A DNA stretch of 62,587 nt, filler included. It is 5 parts of 5 records of this genome, joined end to end, with 100 filler letters (N's around TTAATTAATTAA, not from the genome) between each part and the next. Parts side by side here need not be neighbours in the genome. Positions count along the whole stretch, not along the records: positions 19,674 to 30,941 come from SRR20825010_4950; positions 31,042 to 39,643 come from SRR20825010_4955; positions 39,744 to 58,079 come from SRR20825010_4958; 2 more parts are not named here. One strand, written 5' to 3'. A model generated the notes under the pieces. That model ran no database searches. It was given only the letters and a program-made list of their open reading frames with translations, and was not told the DNA's origin. The translations under genes were made by a program, and so were the position numbers. Below, piece by piece: positions 29,588 to 40,089 of the stretch (position 1 is the first letter of the stretch; the number at the start of each line of letters is the position of its first letter).

Positions 29588-30513
29588 AACGTCTGGCTTG
29601 TGCCGTGATTACCTCAGCCTTCCTCGGCGCTTGTGCCACGGCACCCGGGCCCGCTGGCGACAGCGCCCCCCCTGCTGCCAATAATGGCGCACCGGGCTCG
29701 GATCGCTACAGTATCCACCAGGACACCGCGCCAGAAGAGCGTCGGGATATCTCCCGGCTGCCGGAGCCGGTACCCAAAAAAGAACCCCGCAGCCGCTACG
29801 GTAATCCAGAGTCTTACAGCGTGTGGGGCAAGACCTATCAGGTATTGCCCCAGGCGGACGGCTACGTGGCCGAAGGCAAGGCCTCCTGGTATGGCCAGAA
29901 ATTCCATGGCCACCGCACCTCCAGTGGCGAGTCGTTCGACATGTACCAGTTCACCGCCGCCCACCGCAGCCTGCCCTTGCCCACCTATGCCCGGGTCACC
30001 AACCTGGATAACGGCAAAAGCCTGGTAGTGCGCGTCAACGATCGCGGCCCCTTTCACGAAGATCGCATAATTGATCTGTCCTGGGCCGCCGCTGTGCGCC
30101 TGGGCATCGAGCAGGCTGGCACCGGGCGGGTGCGGGTCGAAGCGATCAGTAGTCAGCAACAGCCAGACGGCCCCAGCAGCACCGTGCCCACCGCCGTGCG
30201 CGCCGCTGTGGACAGCCCACCCCCTGCAGACACGAACAGCAACACCAGCACCCAAACAGACACTGCCGACAATAACGAAGCCAGCAAAGGCGGCAACCTG
30301 TTCCTGCAGGCCGGCGCTTTTTCGGACCAAACCAGCGCACAACGACTGCAACAGGAGCTGATCAACCAACTGGGCGTAGACACCCGAATACAGCACTCGG
30401 GTGACCTTTTCCGGGTCTGGATCGGCCCCTACGAGAGTAACCAGCAGCGCCAGCAAGTGCGCGAGACGGTGGCCAATGCCGGTTTTGACCGGCCCATGCC
30501 CGTCAGCCCCTGA
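29584..30513 (+). CDS. rlpA: Septal ring lytic transglycosylase lipoprotein with SPOR domain
   Basis: Lipobox LGAC, ASWYG, TAAHRSLP, VNDRGPF, C-terminal LQAGAF SPOR domain. Confidence 0.95.
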   Translation: MKRLACAVITSAFLGACATAPGPAGDSAPPAANNGAPGSDRYSIHQDTAPEERRDISRLPEPVPKKEPRSRYGNPESYSVWGKTYQVLPQADGYVAEGKASWYGQKFHGHRTSSGESFDMYQFTAAHRSLPLPTYARVTNLDNGKSLVVRVNDRGPFHEDRIIDLSWAAAVRLGIEQAGTGRVRVEAISSQQQPDGPSSTVPTAVRAAVDSPPPADTNSNTSTQTDTADNNEASKGGNLFLQAGAFSDQTSAQRLQQELINQLGVDTRIQHSGDLFRVWIGPYESNQQRQQVRETVANAGFDRPMPVSP

Positions 30514-30736
30514 AAACGCCCATATCAGCCGTTTCTCCGGTTAACAGACCTTCGCCAGTCCTCTAGAATGCAGCCATCAAGTAATGGCACAACGCATCTT
30601 TATGGTCTTTATGGAATTTTTTGCCTTTTTCGTGTCCAACTACCCCTTCGGGCTCTTTCCCGGGCGGCGCCACGACACGACCGGCGCATTACTGATTCCC
30701 TGAACCATCCAAGGACAACCAACAGGCAGGATACCC

Positions 30737-30941
30737 ATGCGTCCCCAGTCTTTCCGCTTTACCGTTTTTGCTCTCTGTGCCTTGCTCGGCACCGCCCTTT
30801 CCTTGCAAGCCCAGGCACAAATGGTCCCCCGTGCGCCGCAGATCGAAGCCAAGGGGTACCTGCTGATGGATGCCGCCAGCGGCCAGATCATCGTCGAACA
30901 CAATGCGGAACAGCGTCTGCCCCCGGCCAGCCTGACCAAAA
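30737..30941 (+). CDS. D-alanyl-D-alanine carboxypeptidase (PBP5/6 type), 5' fragment
   Basis: Signal peptide, YLLMDAASG, PPASLTK (SxxK); follows rlpA; truncated by contig end. Confidence 0.88.
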
Positions 30942-31041
30942 NNNNNNNNNNNNNNNNNNNNNNNNNNNNNNNNNNNNNNNNNNNNTTAATTAATTAANNN
31001 NNNNNNNNNNNNNNNNNNNNNNNNNNNNNNNNNNNNNNNNN
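30942..31041. other. Assembly spacer
   Basis: N run with TTAATTAATTAA. Confidence 0.98.
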
Positions 31042-31042
31042 C

Positions 31043-31375
31043 ATGGAAGGCATCCCGGTTTCCGGTCAGGATGGCGACCACGCTGCCCTGAACCGCGTTG
31101 CCAAGGGTACGCAGACCGTGAGCGTCTGGAAGGACGCCCGCGCGCTCGGCAAGGCTGCCGGCGAAATCGCCGCCAAGCTGGCTGGCGGCACCGCAATGGC
31201 CGACATCGAGGGTTCGGTTGAGTGGACCTCGCCTGCCGGCACCACGATGACCGCGATGTTCCTGGCGCCCGTTCCAATCACCAAGGACAATCTGGCCACG
31301 GTCGTCGACGCCGGCTGGATCAGCAAGGAAGACCTGTGCCAGGGCGTTTCCGGCGGTCCGGCCCCCTGTAACTAA
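31043..31375 (+). CDS. xylF: Sugar (D-xylose-type) ABC transporter substrate-binding protein, 3' fragment
   Basis: VSGQDGDHAALNRVAKGTQTVSVWKD, a XylF-type C-terminal half; upstream of the permease and ATPase. Confidence 0.8.
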   Translation: MEGIPVSGQDGDHAALNRVAKGTQTVSVWKDARALGKAAGEIAAKLAGGTAMADIEGSVEWTSPAGTTMTAMFLAPVPITKDNLATVVDAGWISKEDLCQGVSGGPAPCN

Positions 31376-31406
31376 GACGTCACCTTTGTTACAAAACATG
31401 CAAGAA

Positions 31407-31434
31407 GTGTCTCCACCCTTCGGGGTGGGGGCAC
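31407..31434 (+). terminator. Stem-loop with UUCG tetraloop after the binding-protein gene
   Basis: GTGTCTCCACCC-TTCG-GGGTGGGGGCAC. Confidence 0.6.
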
Positions 31435-31461
31435 CTGTTTGCATCTATTCGGAAGACGGCC

Positions 31462-32763
31462 ATGACCGATACGCCAACTGCTGCGAGCGCGCCGCCTAAG
31501 CCGCGAACTTTTTTCTCCGCACTTGAAATTGATACGCGCCTGCTGGGCATGATCGGCGCCTTTGTCGTGATCTGCCTGATCTTCAATTTCCTCACCGACG
31601 GGCGTTTCATGACGCCGCGCAACCTTTTCAACCTGACGATCCAGACCGCCTCCGTCGCCATCATGGCGACAGGCATGGTGTTCGTCATCGTCACGCGCAA
31701 TATCGACCTGTCGGTGGGCTCGCTGCTGGCGACCTGCTCGGCCATGATGGCGATGACGCAGACCTGGTTCATGCCGGACCTGCTGGGCCTCGGGCTCAAC
31801 AATCCGGCGACCATGCCGGTTGCCGTCGTCGTCGGCATCCTGACCGGCCTGCTCATCGGCGCCTTCCATGGTTGGCTGATCGGCTATCTGGCCATCCCGG
31901 CCTTCATCGTCACGCTTGGTGGTTTCCTCGTCTGGCGCAACGTTGCCTGGCATTTGACCAAGGGCCAGACCATCGGCCCGCTCGACGAGAATTTCCAGCT
32001 TTTCGGTGGCATCAACGGCACGCTCGGCCAGACCTGGAGCTGGATCTTCGCCGCCCTTGCCATCGCAGGCTCGTTCTACGCCCTGGTCCAGTCGCGCCGC
32101 ACGAAGTTGGCGCACGAGTTTCCGGTCAAGCCGGTGTGGGCCGAGGCTCTCATCGGCGCGATCATCGCGGCAACCATTGTCGGTTTTGTCGCGATCCTCA
32201 ATGCCTATGAAATCCCCACGGCGCGCCTCCAGCGTATTTATGAAGCACGCGGTGAGATCTTGCCCGAAGGCACGATTGAAGGTTACGGCATCCCGATCTC
32301 CGTGCTGCTGCTGATCCTGATCGTCATTGCCATGACCATTGTTGCGCGGCGCACCCGGCTCGGACGCTATATCTTTGCCACCGGCGGCAATCCGGAAGCC
32401 GCGGCTCTGGCGGGCATCAACACTCGTCTGCTGACGGTCAAGGTCTTCGCCATCATGGGCATGCTCTGCGCCGTCGCAGCCATTGTCGCCTCATCCCGCC
32501 AGACCTTTCACTCCAACGATATCGGAACGCTGGACGAATTGCGGGTGATTGCAGCGGCGGTGATCGGCGGCACGGCGCTTGCCGGTGGCATGGGCACAAT
32601 CTACGGAGCGGTTCTCGGCGCATTGATCATGCAGAGCCTGCAGTCGGGCATGGCGATGGTCGGCGTCGACGCACCCTACCAGAACATGGTGGTCGGCTCC
32701 GTGCTTGTTCTCGCCGTCTTCATCGATATCCTCTACCGCCGACGGACGGGAGACAAGACATGA
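31462..32763 (+). CDS. xylH: Sugar ABC transporter permease (XylH-like)
   Basis: IDLSVGS, IPAFIVTLGG, GGNPEAAALAGI, IAAAVIGGT. Confidence 0.85.
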   Translation: MTDTPTAASAPPKPRTFFSALEIDTRLLGMIGAFVVICLIFNFLTDGRFMTPRNLFNLTIQTASVAIMATGMVFVIVTRNIDLSVGSLLATCSAMMAMTQTWFMPDLLGLGLNNPATMPVAVVVGILTGLLIGAFHGWLIGYLAIPAFIVTLGGFLVWRNVAWHLTKGQTIGPLDENFQLFGGINGTLGQTWSWIFAALAIAGSFYALVQSRRTKLAHEFPVKPVWAEALIGAIIAATIVGFVAILNAYEIPTARLQRIYEARGEILPEGTIEGYGIPISVLLLILIVIAMTIVARRTRLGRYIFATGGNPEAAALAGINTRLLTVKVFAIMGMLCAVAAIVASSRQTFHSNDIGTLDELRVIAAAVIGGTALAGGMGTIYGAVLGALIMQSLQSGMAMVGVDAPYQNMVVGSVLVLAVFIDILYRRRTGDKT

Positions 32764-33536
32764 CCGCACCGCTAGTTGAAATGCGTGACATGGTGAAGTC
32801 CTTCGGCGGCATCAAGGCTGTCGATCACGTCACCATCGATCTGTATCCGGGTGAAGTGGTTGGCGTTCTCGGCCACAATGGCGCCGGCAAATCGGTGCTG
32901 ATGAAGATGCTGTCGGGCGCCCTGCAGCGCGATGGCGGCGAGATCTACATCAATGGCGAGAAGGCAACGATCAACAATCCGCGCGACGCGCGCAATTACA
33001 AGATCGAGACCATCTACCAGTATCTCGCCCTTGCCGACAATCTGGATGCGGCCTCCAACCTGTTCCTCGGACGCGAGTTGATAGGCCCGACCGGTTTTGT
33101 CGACGACGCCCAGATGGAAGCCGAGACCCGCAAGATCCTTGCCCGTCTCAATCCCAACTTCCGGCGCTTCCACACGCCGGTGGCAGGCTTGTCGGGTGGA
33201 CAAAGGCAATCGGTGGCGATCGCCCGCGCGGTCTACTTCAACGCCAAGATCCTGATCATGGACGAACCGACGGCGGCTCTTGGCGTTCAGGAAACGCAGA
33301 TGGTGGCCGAACTGATCGAACAGTTGAAGTCGGAAGGCATCGGCATCTTCCTGATCGACCACGACATTCACCAGGTCAAGTTGTTGTGCGACCGGGCGAA
33401 TGTGATGAAGAACGGCCAGCTCGTGGGCACTGTCAAGGTCGACGAGGTCAGCGAGGATGACATGCTGGGCATGATCATCGCCGGCAAATGTCCGCCGGGC
33501 GCGATACCGGGGCCAGGGGCCCTGCAGACCGCCTGA
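32760..33536 (+). CDS. Sugar ABC transporter ATP-binding protein
   Basis: GHNGAGKS, LSGGQRQ, IMDEPT. Confidence 0.93.
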   Translation: MTAPLVEMRDMVKSFGGIKAVDHVTIDLYPGEVVGVLGHNGAGKSVLMKMLSGALQRDGGEIYINGEKATINNPRDARNYKIETIYQYLALADNLDAASNLFLGRELIGPTGFVDDAQMEAETRKILARLNPNFRRFHTPVAGLSGGQRQSVAIARAVYFNAKILIMDEPTAALGVQETQMVAELIEQLKSEGIGIFLIDHDIHQVKLLCDRANVMKNGQLVGTVKVDEVSEDDMLGMIIAGKCPPGAIPGPGALQTA

Positions 33537-33545
33537 CACAAGGAG

Positions 33546-33575
33546 AACCGGGGCCTGGCGCCCCGGTTTTTTGTT
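33546..33575 (+). terminator. Rho-independent terminator
   Basis: AACCGGGGC-CTGGC-GCCCCGGTT followed by a T run. Confidence 0.85.
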
Positions 33576-33694
33576 GCGCTGCCACATCGTTTCGAACGCT
33601 TTGGTTTTCGCCGAGAACGTGCGCGAGAAAAACACGAAACATTACAAAGAGTTCAGTAAGTTTATCAGATGATAAATTTTTTCGAATTTTCCTA

Positions 33695-33723
33695 TTGCAA
33701 TGCAGCATAAACTGTTCCATATA
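33695..33723 (+). promoter_or_regulatory. Sigma70-type promoter of the sRNA
   Basis: TTGCAA-N17-CATATA; overlapping TGC-N3-GCA; TTTATCA-GA-TGATAAA palindrome at 33661-33676. Confidence 0.55.
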
Positions 33724-33729
33724 TCAATC

Positions 33730-33879
33730 AACGCTACGCCGAACTCCTCCTCCTCCCAATTCGGCATGGCAGTAGTCGGGGCGATAAAGGCCGGGATCCT
33801 CCTCCCAAGCACCGGTCCGAACGTCACGACGAAGTACAAGCGCCTGTCAGGCTTTGCCTGGCAGGCGTTTTGTTTTTTT
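33730..33879 (+). ncRNA. Alphaproteobacterial sRNA with CCUCCUCCC anti-Shine-Dalgarno loops (cuckoo/alpha-r14-like)
   Basis: Hairpins at 33733-33770 and 33789-33817 each display CCTCCTCCC in the loop; terminator at 33838-33879; no credible ORF. Confidence 0.75.
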
Positions 33880-33926
33880 GCTGATGCAATCCGGATTTCC
33901 GCGGCTTGGCGGGTGACCTGGAATTC

Positions 33927-34820
33927 TCAGCCCCGCTCTGGAAAGAAGTGAGCCTTGTGCTCCTGCGCCACCGTCGAGATGAAATCGGCGACGGTGCGCA
34001 CCCGTGCCAGATCGCGCGCCGATTCATGGTAGACCATGAAATAGGACCGCCCGATGCAATGGTCGGGCAGCACCCGGATCAGCTCGGGATCGAGACCGGC
34101 GATGTAATCATGCAGCACGGCAATGCCCGCGCCCGAACGCACGGCTTCAGTCTGCCCGGTGGCGCTCGAGATCTCGAACTGGGCCGTCCAGTTGCGCAGG
34201 ATCTCGCGGGTGAATTGCAGCGAAGGCGAGAAGATCAGATCCTCGACATAGCTGATCAAACGATGCTGCTTGAGATCGTCGGCGGTCTCGGGCGTCCCGT
34301 GTTCGTCCAGATAGGATCGGGACGCATAGAGCGACAGCGAGTAGTCGACCAGCTTGCGCGCCACCAGCCGCCCTTCCGCCGGAGGTTCAACGGTGATCGC
34401 GATGTCGGCTTCGCGCTGCGGCAGCGAGAAGCTGCGCGGCACCGGCACCAGCTGCAGTCTGAGGTCGGGGTGTCTGGCAATCAGCGCGCCGAGACGGGGC
34501 GCCAGGAAGGAGACCCCGAAACCATCCGGTGCGCCGATCCGCACCGTGCCCGAGATGGCGCTGTCGGTGCGCCCCAGATTGGCCTGCGCCGCCAGCATTT
34601 CCGCTTCCATGCGCTCGGCGTGAGCAAGGAAGGCCTCGCCTTCGCCGGTCAGCCCGCAGCCATTGGTGCGGCGGACCACCAGTTGCGCCCCGAGCGCTGT
34701 CTCAAGTGAGGTGATCCGCCGCGCGGCGGTGGCGTGGTTGATCCCCAGCCGCCGTGCCGCGGCAAGGATCTGGCCGGAGCGGGCGACAGCAAGAAAGACC
34801 CTGATGTCGTCCCAGTTCAT
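33927..34820 (-). CDS. LysR family transcriptional regulator
   Basis: MNWDDIRVFLAVARSG HTH, LTGEGE, EADIAI; ATG at 34820. Confidence 0.95.
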   Translation of the reverse strand: MNWDDIRVFLAVARSGQILAAARRLGINHATAARRITSLETALGAQLVVRRTNGCGLTGEGEAFLAHAERMEAEMLAAQANLGRTDSAISGTVRIGAPDGFGVSFLAPRLGALIARHPDLRLQLVPVPRSFSLPQREADIAITVEPPAEGRLVARKLVDYSLSLYASRSYLDEHGTPETADDLKQHRLISYVEDLIFSPSLQFTREILRNWTAQFEISSATGQTEAVRSGAGIAVLHDYIAGLDPELIRVLPDHCIGRSYFMVYHESARDLARVRTVADFISTVAQEHKAHFFPERG

Positions 34821-34826
34821 CGGCAA

Positions 34827-35681
34827 TTACCCGAAGACCACTGTCTTGTGGCCATTGAGCATGACCCGCGATTCAAGATGCAGCTTTACCGCCCGCGCCA
34901 GCACACGCGCCTCGATGTCGCGGCCTGCGGCGACGAAATCGTCCGCCGTCATGGCGTGGGTCACGCGCTCGGTTTCCTGTTCGATGATCGGACCTTCATC
35001 GAGGTCGGCGGTGACATAGTGGGCGGTCGCACCGATCAGCTTGACGCCGCGTTCATGCGCCTGGTGATAGGGCTTGGCGCCCTTGAAGCTCGGCAGGAAC
35101 GAATGGTGGATGTTGATCACCTTGCCGAACAGGCGGCGCGACAGGGTGTCGGACAAGACCTGCATGTAGCGCGCCAGGATCACCAGGTCCGCGCCGCTCT
35201 TGCTGGCGAGATCGAGCAGCTTGTCTTCCTGTGCGCTCTTGGTTTCCCTGGTCACCGGCCAGTAGTGGAAGGGGATCCCCTCGATCTCCGCGGTTTTGCG
35301 GCTGTCCTCGTGGTTGGAAACGATGGCGACCACCTCGGCATCCAGCCATCCGACCCGGATCTGGTAGATGAGATGCAGCATCGCATGGTCGAATTTCGAC
35401 ACCATGATGATGATCTTCGGCCGCCTGGCGACGGTGTTGATATCGAGCCGCATCTCGAACCGCGCGACAGGCGCCTGCAGCGCCCGCTTGACGGCCTCGG
35501 CATCGACCCCGTCCGGCGTCTCGATGGCGATCCGCATGAAGAAGCGGTTGGTCTGGCGATCCCAGAACTGGCTGGATTCAGCAATATTGGCGCCAATCGC
35601 CGCAAGTTCGGTGGTGATCGCCGCGACGATGCCGGGCTGGTCGGCACAGGCGATGGTGATGACAAAATGCGGATGCGCCAT
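34827..35681 (-). CDS. purU: Formyltetrahydrofolate deformylase
   Basis: ACT domain CADQPGIV, LARYMQ, INIHHSFLPSFKGAKPY, DEGPIIEQ; ATG at 35681 after GGAG. Confidence 0.96.
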   Translation of the reverse strand: MAHPHFVITIACADQPGIVAAITTELAAIGANIAESSQFWDRQTNRFFMRIAIETPDGVDAEAVKRALQAPVARFEMRLDINTVARRPKIIIMVSKFDHAMLHLIYQIRVGWLDAEVVAIVSNHEDSRKTAEIEGIPFHYWPVTRETKSAQEDKLLDLASKSGADLVILARYMQVLSDTLSRRLFGKVINIHHSFLPSFKGAKPYHQAHERGVKLIGATAHYVTADLDEGPIIEQETERVTHAMTADDFVAAGRDIEARVLARAVKLHLESRVMLNGHKTVVFG

Positions 35682-35787
35682 GACAGTCTCCGGTTTCGAG
35701 TGGCCCCGGATTCCGGCCACTCTGCGGAGGCTTTGCAGCATCCTCCCGGGACGGTCAAGCCCGTCCCGGGGTAGGGTGTCCGGCCGT

Positions 35788-37215
35788 TCAGCCGTGGGCG
35801 ATCATTACATGACGCACTGCAGTATAATCCTCAAGGGCATAAAGCGACATGTCCTTGCCATAGCCCGACTGCTTGATGCCGCCATGCGGCATCTCGTTGA
35901 CCAGCATGAAGTGGGTGTTGATCCAGGTGCAGCCGTACTGCAGCCGCGCCGCACAGGTCATCGCCTTGGAGATGTCCTTGGTCCAGACCGACGAGGCGAG
36001 GCCGTACTCGGAATCATTGGCCCAGGTCACGGCTTCTTCCGCGTCCGAGAAGCGGGTGACGGACACCACCGGGCCGAACACCTCGCGGCGGACGATCTCG
36101 TCTGACTGCAGCGCGCCGGCGATCAGCGTCGGCTGGTAGTAGAAGCCGTTGCCGTCGCCCGGCTTGCCGCCGGTGGTGATCTCCATGTGCTTCATTTCGG
36201 AGGCGCGTTCGACGAAACTCGCCACCCGGTCACGCTGCCGCTTCGAGATCAGCGGCCCGATCTCGTTTTCGGCGTCGTCGCCCTGGTCGTACTTGATTGT
36301 CGACACCGCGCTCGACAGGCTGGCCACCAGCTTGTCGTAGATCTTCGGCCCGGCATAGATCCGGCAGGCGGCGGTGCAGTCCTGTCCGGCATTGTAATAG
36401 CCGAACGCCCGCAACCCGTTGACAACGGCATCAAGATCCGCGTCGTCGAAGACGATCACCGGCGCCTTGCCGCCCAGCTCCAGGTGCGTGCGCTTGACCG
36501 ACTTCGCCGCTGCCTGCAGCACCTTTTTGCCGGTGGCGACGTCACCGGTGATCGAGACCATGTTGATCTTCGGGTGATTGATCAGCGCGTTACCGACGCT
36601 CTCGCCACGCCCGAGAATGACGTTGACGACGCCTTCAGGCAGGATGTCGGCGAGGATCTTGGCGAATTTCAGCGCTGTCAGCGGCGTCTGCTCGGAGGGC
36701 TTGAAGACCACCGTGTTGCCGCCGCCGATCGCCGGCGCCAGCTTCCACGCCATCATCATCAGCGGGTAGTTCCAGGGCGCGATCGAGGCGATGATGCCGA
36801 CGGGATCGCGGCGGATCATCGAGGTATGGCCTTCCATGTACTCGCCGGCGGCATTGCCGGGCATGCAGCGCACGGCGCCGGCGAAGAACCGGTAGCAGTC
36901 GACGATGGCCGGGATTTCGTCGTTCCTGACCGCATTGATCGGCTTGCCGCAATTGAGCGCTTCGAGCGCGGCGAACCCGTCAGCCTCCGCTTCGATCCGG
37001 TCGGCGATCTTCAACAGATAGGCAGAGCGTTGCGCCGGCGTGGTGCGCGACCAGGTGGCAAACGCCTTCTCGGCTGCGTTGACCGCGGCCTCGATCTGGA
37101 TCGAGGAGGCTTCGGGAAGATTGAGGATGGTCTCTCCGGTGCGCGGATTGAAGATCTTCTCTTCCGCCTCCGTGCCGGCCTCGAAGCGGTTGCCGATCAG
37201 CATTTGGGTGTCCAT
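35788..37215 (-). CDS. patD: Gamma-aminobutyraldehyde dehydrogenase (PatD/YdcW-like)
   Basis: PWNYP, LELGGK, GQDCTA, EVFGPV, EMPHGG; downstream of a polyamine ABC transporter. Confidence 0.88.
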   Translation of the reverse strand: MDTQMLIGNRFEAGTEAEEKIFNPRTGETILNLPEASSIQIEAAVNAAEKAFATWSRTTPAQRSAYLLKIADRIEAEADGFAALEALNCGKPINAVRNDEIPAIVDCYRFFAGAVRCMPGNAAGEYMEGHTSMIRRDPVGIIASIAPWNYPLMMMAWKLAPAIGGGNTVVFKPSEQTPLTALKFAKILADILPEGVVNVILGRGESVGNALINHPKINMVSITGDVATGKKVLQAAAKSVKRTHLELGGKAPVIVFDDADLDAVVNGLRAFGYYNAGQDCTAACRIYAGPKIYDKLVASLSSAVSTIKYDQGDDAENEIGPLISKRQRDRVASFVERASEMKHMEITTGGKPGDGNGFYYQPTLIAGALQSDEIVRREVFGPVVSVTRFSDAEEAVTWANDSEYGLASSVWTKDISKAMTCAARLQYGCTWINTHFMLVNEMPHGGIKQSGYGKDMSLYALEDYTAVRHVMIAHG

Positions 37216-37232
37216 GGCGTTTCTCCCGTAGG

Positions 37233-38048
37233 TTATTTGCCCTGTCCGGAAATCTGGTCTCCGTCCCGGGTCAGGTAATAGGCGGCAAGGATGGGCAGGA
37301 AAGTCACCAGCACCACGACCATCGCCACCACGTTGGTGACGGGGCGCTGGCGCGGCCTGACCAGTTCCTCAAGCATCCAGATGGGCAGCGTGGCCTGCTG
37401 CCCGGCGGTAAAGGTGGTGACGATCACCTCGTCGAAGCTGAGCGCGAAGGCCAGCATGCCACCGGCCAGCAGCGCCGTGCCGATATTGGGCAGGATGACG
37501 TGCCGGAAGGTCTGGAACCCGTCGGCGCCGAGATCCATCGAGGCCTCGATCAGCGAGCCTGAGACCCGCCGGAACCGCGCCACAGCGTTGTTGTAGACCA
37601 CGACCACGCAGAAGGTCGCGTGGCCAAGCACGATGGTCCAGAACGAAAACGGGATCTCGGCGAGGTTGAAAGCGGACCTCAGCGAGATGCCGGTGATGAT
37701 GCCGGGCAGGGCGATCGGCAGGATCACCAGCAGCGAAATCGCCTCGCGCCCGAAAAACCTTGTCTGCGAGATGGCGGCTGCGCAGAGCGTGCCGAGCACC
37801 AGCGCCACAACGGTCGAAATCGAGGCGACGCGGACCGAGAGGCTGAGCGCCTCCCAGACATCGGGCCGTTTCCAGGTCACCGCAAACCATTTGAGCGTAA
37901 GGCCGGGGGGCGGGAACTGGTAGCTCTTGTCCTCGGTGGTGAAGGCGTAAAGAAAGATCAGCAGGATCGGCAGATGCAGGAAGGCGAGCCCAGCGCCTGC
38001 CGCGATCTTCAGTCCCATCGGCGTGCGGCTTTGCTTGTCAGAGCGCAT
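37233..38048 (-). CDS. Polyamine ABC transporter permease (PotC/YdcV-like)
   Basis: EASMDLGA loop, FALSFDE. Confidence 0.92.
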   Translation of the reverse strand: MRSDKQSRTPMGLKIAAGAGLAFLHLPILLIFLYAFTTEDKSYQFPPPGLTLKWFAVTWKRPDVWEALSLSVRVASISTVVALVLGTLCAAAISQTRFFGREAISLLVILPIALPGIITGISLRSAFNLAEIPFSFWTIVLGHATFCVVVVYNNAVARFRRVSGSLIEASMDLGADGFQTFRHVILPNIGTALLAGGMLAFALSFDEVIVTTFTAGQQATLPIWMLEELVRPRQRPVTNVVAMVVVLVTFLPILAAYYLTRDGDQISGQGK

Positions 38049-38067
38049 CGGAGCCTCCGGTATGATG

Positions 38068-38147
38068 TCGGGGACAGTTTACTTTTCCGCCTACCGCATT
38101 CGCGCGGAGCGGCATGTACTCATTGCGCAAAAGTAAACTGTCCCCGA
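38068..38147. repeat. Perfect 19-bp inverted repeat element (MITE/REP-like)
   Basis: TCGGGGACAGTTTACTTTT (38068-38086) and AAAAGTAAACTGTCCCCGA (38129-38147). Confidence 0.85.
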
Positions 38148-38164
38148 ACTTCGGCGATCCTGTC

Positions 38165-39127
38165 TCACAGCGCATTGAAAGCTCCCGCGCGTTTGGCGAG
38201 CCACAGATAGATCCCCATGATCACCACCGGCACCACGGTGAAGGCGGCGGCGAGCGGAATGTTGCCCGCTGTTCCCTGATGCGCGTAGACCGCCATGCCG
38301 ATGAAACGGTGCGATGTGCCGATGATCTGCGGGATGATGTAATCGCCCAGCGTCAGCGAGAAGGTGAAGATCGAACCGGCGATGATGCCCGGCAGCGCCA
38401 GCGGCAGCAGCACGTTGACGAAGGTCTGGCGCGGCGAAGCGCCAAGATCGGCTGAGGCTTCAAGCAGGTTGCCGGGCACCCGCTCGAGTGCTGCCTGCAC
38501 AGGCAGGATCATGAACGGCAACCAGACATAGACGAAGACCAGAAACGTACCTGTCAGGCTGAGCGAGAGCGAGTTGCCGCCAACCACCGGCAGGGTAAGC
38601 CAGGCATCGATCAGGAAGGTCAGGTGCAGCTTGTCGAAGATCCAGCTGAGGATGCCCTCCTTGGCCAGGATCAGCTTCCAGGCATAGACCTTGACCAGAT
38701 AGCTCGACCACAAGGGCAGCATCACGCCGAGATAGAACACCGCCTTCCAGCGCCCTTTCGCATAGCGGGCGGCGAAATAGGCGATCGGAAAGGCGATGAT
38801 CGCGGAGGCGATGGTCACCAGCCCCGCCATGGTGACGGTGCGGACGATGATGTCGAGATTGGAGGGGCGCAGCAGTTCGCCATAGGTCTTGAGCGTAAAC
38901 TCGCGCACCACAAGACCGGAGAATTCGTCGATCGAAAAGAAGCTCTGGATGAGGAGCGCGAACAGGCTGCCGAGATAGATGATGCCGAGCCACAGGAGCG
39001 GCGGCGTCAGCATCACGAACAGCAGCAGTTTCGGATTGCGCCAGAAGGCGTCCGACAGCGCGCCGCCCACGCCGCCCCGTCCGGGCAGGATGGCGCCGGT
39101 GCCGGTCCGGAGCGTTGTCGCGCTCAT
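38165..39127 (-). CDS. Polyamine ABC transporter permease (PotB/YdcU-like)
   Basis: [23 protein letters not shown]. Confidence 0.92.
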   Translation of the reverse strand: MSATTLRTGTGAILPGRGGVGGALSDAFWRNPKLLLFVMLTPPLLWLGIIYLGSLFALLIQSFFSIDEFSGLVVREFTLKTYGELLRPSNLDIIVRTVTMAGLVTIASAIIAFPIAYFAARYAKGRWKAVFYLGVMLPLWSSYLVKVYAWKLILAKEGILSWIFDKLHLTFLIDAWLTLPVVGGNSLSLSLTGTFLVFVYVWLPFMILPVQAALERVPGNLLEASADLGASPRQTFVNVLLPLALPGIIAGSIFTFSLTLGDYIIPQIIGTSHRFIGMAVYAHQGTAGNIPLAAAFTVVPVVIMGIYLWLAKRAGAFNAL

Positions 39128-39642
39128 GCCTGAGGTCCCATCAGGTGCAGGGCGCTGGTGTCCCAGGAAAAGCGGACGCTTTCCCCCTGTTCCGGGACGC
39201 GCGCACCCGATGGCAGCAGCACACTGATCTTCTCACCGGTCACATCGAGGCTCAGGCGTGTCGCGCTGCCGAGAAAACTGGTCCCGGTGACGCTGGCTTC
39301 ATGTCCGCCTTCGGAGCCAAGCCGGATGTCTTCCGGCCTGAGGCTCGACCATTCGGCCACGCCTGCCAGCCTCTCGGTGAGCTGCGGCGAAAGCACATTG
39401 GAGGATCCGACGAAGTCGGCGACAAAACGGGTTTTCGGGCGACGGTAGATCTCTTCGGGTGTGCCGGTCTGCATGATCCGGCCTTCGTTGAACACCGCGA
39501 TCCGGTCAGCCATCGACAGCGCTTCGCCCTGGTCATGGGTGACGAAGACGAAGGTGATGCCCAGCGCTTTCTGTAGGACTTTCAATTCTTCCTGCATCTG
39601 CTCGCGCAGCTTGAGGTCCAGCGCGCCGAGCGGCTCGTCGAG
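39124..39642 (-). CDS. Polyamine ABC transporter ATP-binding protein, 3' fragment
   Basis: [27 protein letters not shown]-terminal TOBE-like region; truncated by contig end. Confidence 0.92.
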   Translation of the reverse strand, partial: LDEPLGALDLKLREQMQEELKVLQKALGITFVFVTHDQGEALSMADRIAVFNEGRIMQTGTPEEIYRRPKTRFVADFVGSSNVLSPQLTERLAGVAEWSSLRPEDIRLGSEGGHEASVTGTSFLGSATRLSLDVTGEKISVLLPSGARVPEQGESVRFSWDTSALHLMGPQA

Positions 39643-39643
39643 C

Positions 39644-39743
39644 NNNNNNNNNNNNNNNNNNNNNNNNNNNNNNNNNNNNNNNNNNNNTTAATTAATTAAN
39701 NNNNNNNNNNNNNNNNNNNNNNNNNNNNNNNNNNNNNNNNNNN
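39644..39743. other. Assembly spacer
   Basis: N run with TTAATTAATTAA. Confidence 0.98.
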
Positions 39744-39744
39744 G

Positions 39745-39975
39745 GATCAGATCGACGCGAGCGTTGAGGATGAGGTGCAACGCGCACGCAGCCAGTTAGC
39801 GCGCGGCGAAAGCGCCACCCATTGTGACGAGTGTGACAGCCCAATTCCGGAAGCCCGCCGCAAGGCGATACCCGGGGTTCGGCTTTGCGTTGCGTGTCAG
39901 TCTAGTCTTGAAAAACACGAAACGTCTCATGGTGGTATCAATCGCCGTGGCAGCAAGGATAGTCAACTCCGCTAG
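39745..39975 (+). CDS. DksA/TraR C4 zinc-finger protein (YbiI-like), 5'-truncated
   Basis: DQIDASVEDEV...CDEC...IPEARRKAIPGVRLCVAC...INRRGSKDSQLR. Confidence 0.9.
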   Translation, partial: DQIDASVEDEVQRARSQLARGESATHCDECDSPIPEARRKAIPGVRLCVACQSSLEKHETSHGGINRRGSKDSQLR

Positions 39976-40089
39976 TTCATGAAATACGGCATCCGTAAAC
40001 ATGAAGCTGGCGTGCTTTTCCCGCTTGAAAGGGACTCTTCAAAGAACCCGCGTAGTGATGAAAAGTGAGCCTGTTCTCAGGCAACGTGG

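Noticed and set aside
35698-35770. Two hairpins upstream of purU as a possible folate/ZTP riboswitch
   Set aside because: No conserved aptamer motif recognised; simple GC-rich stems fit terminator or intergenic repeat structures
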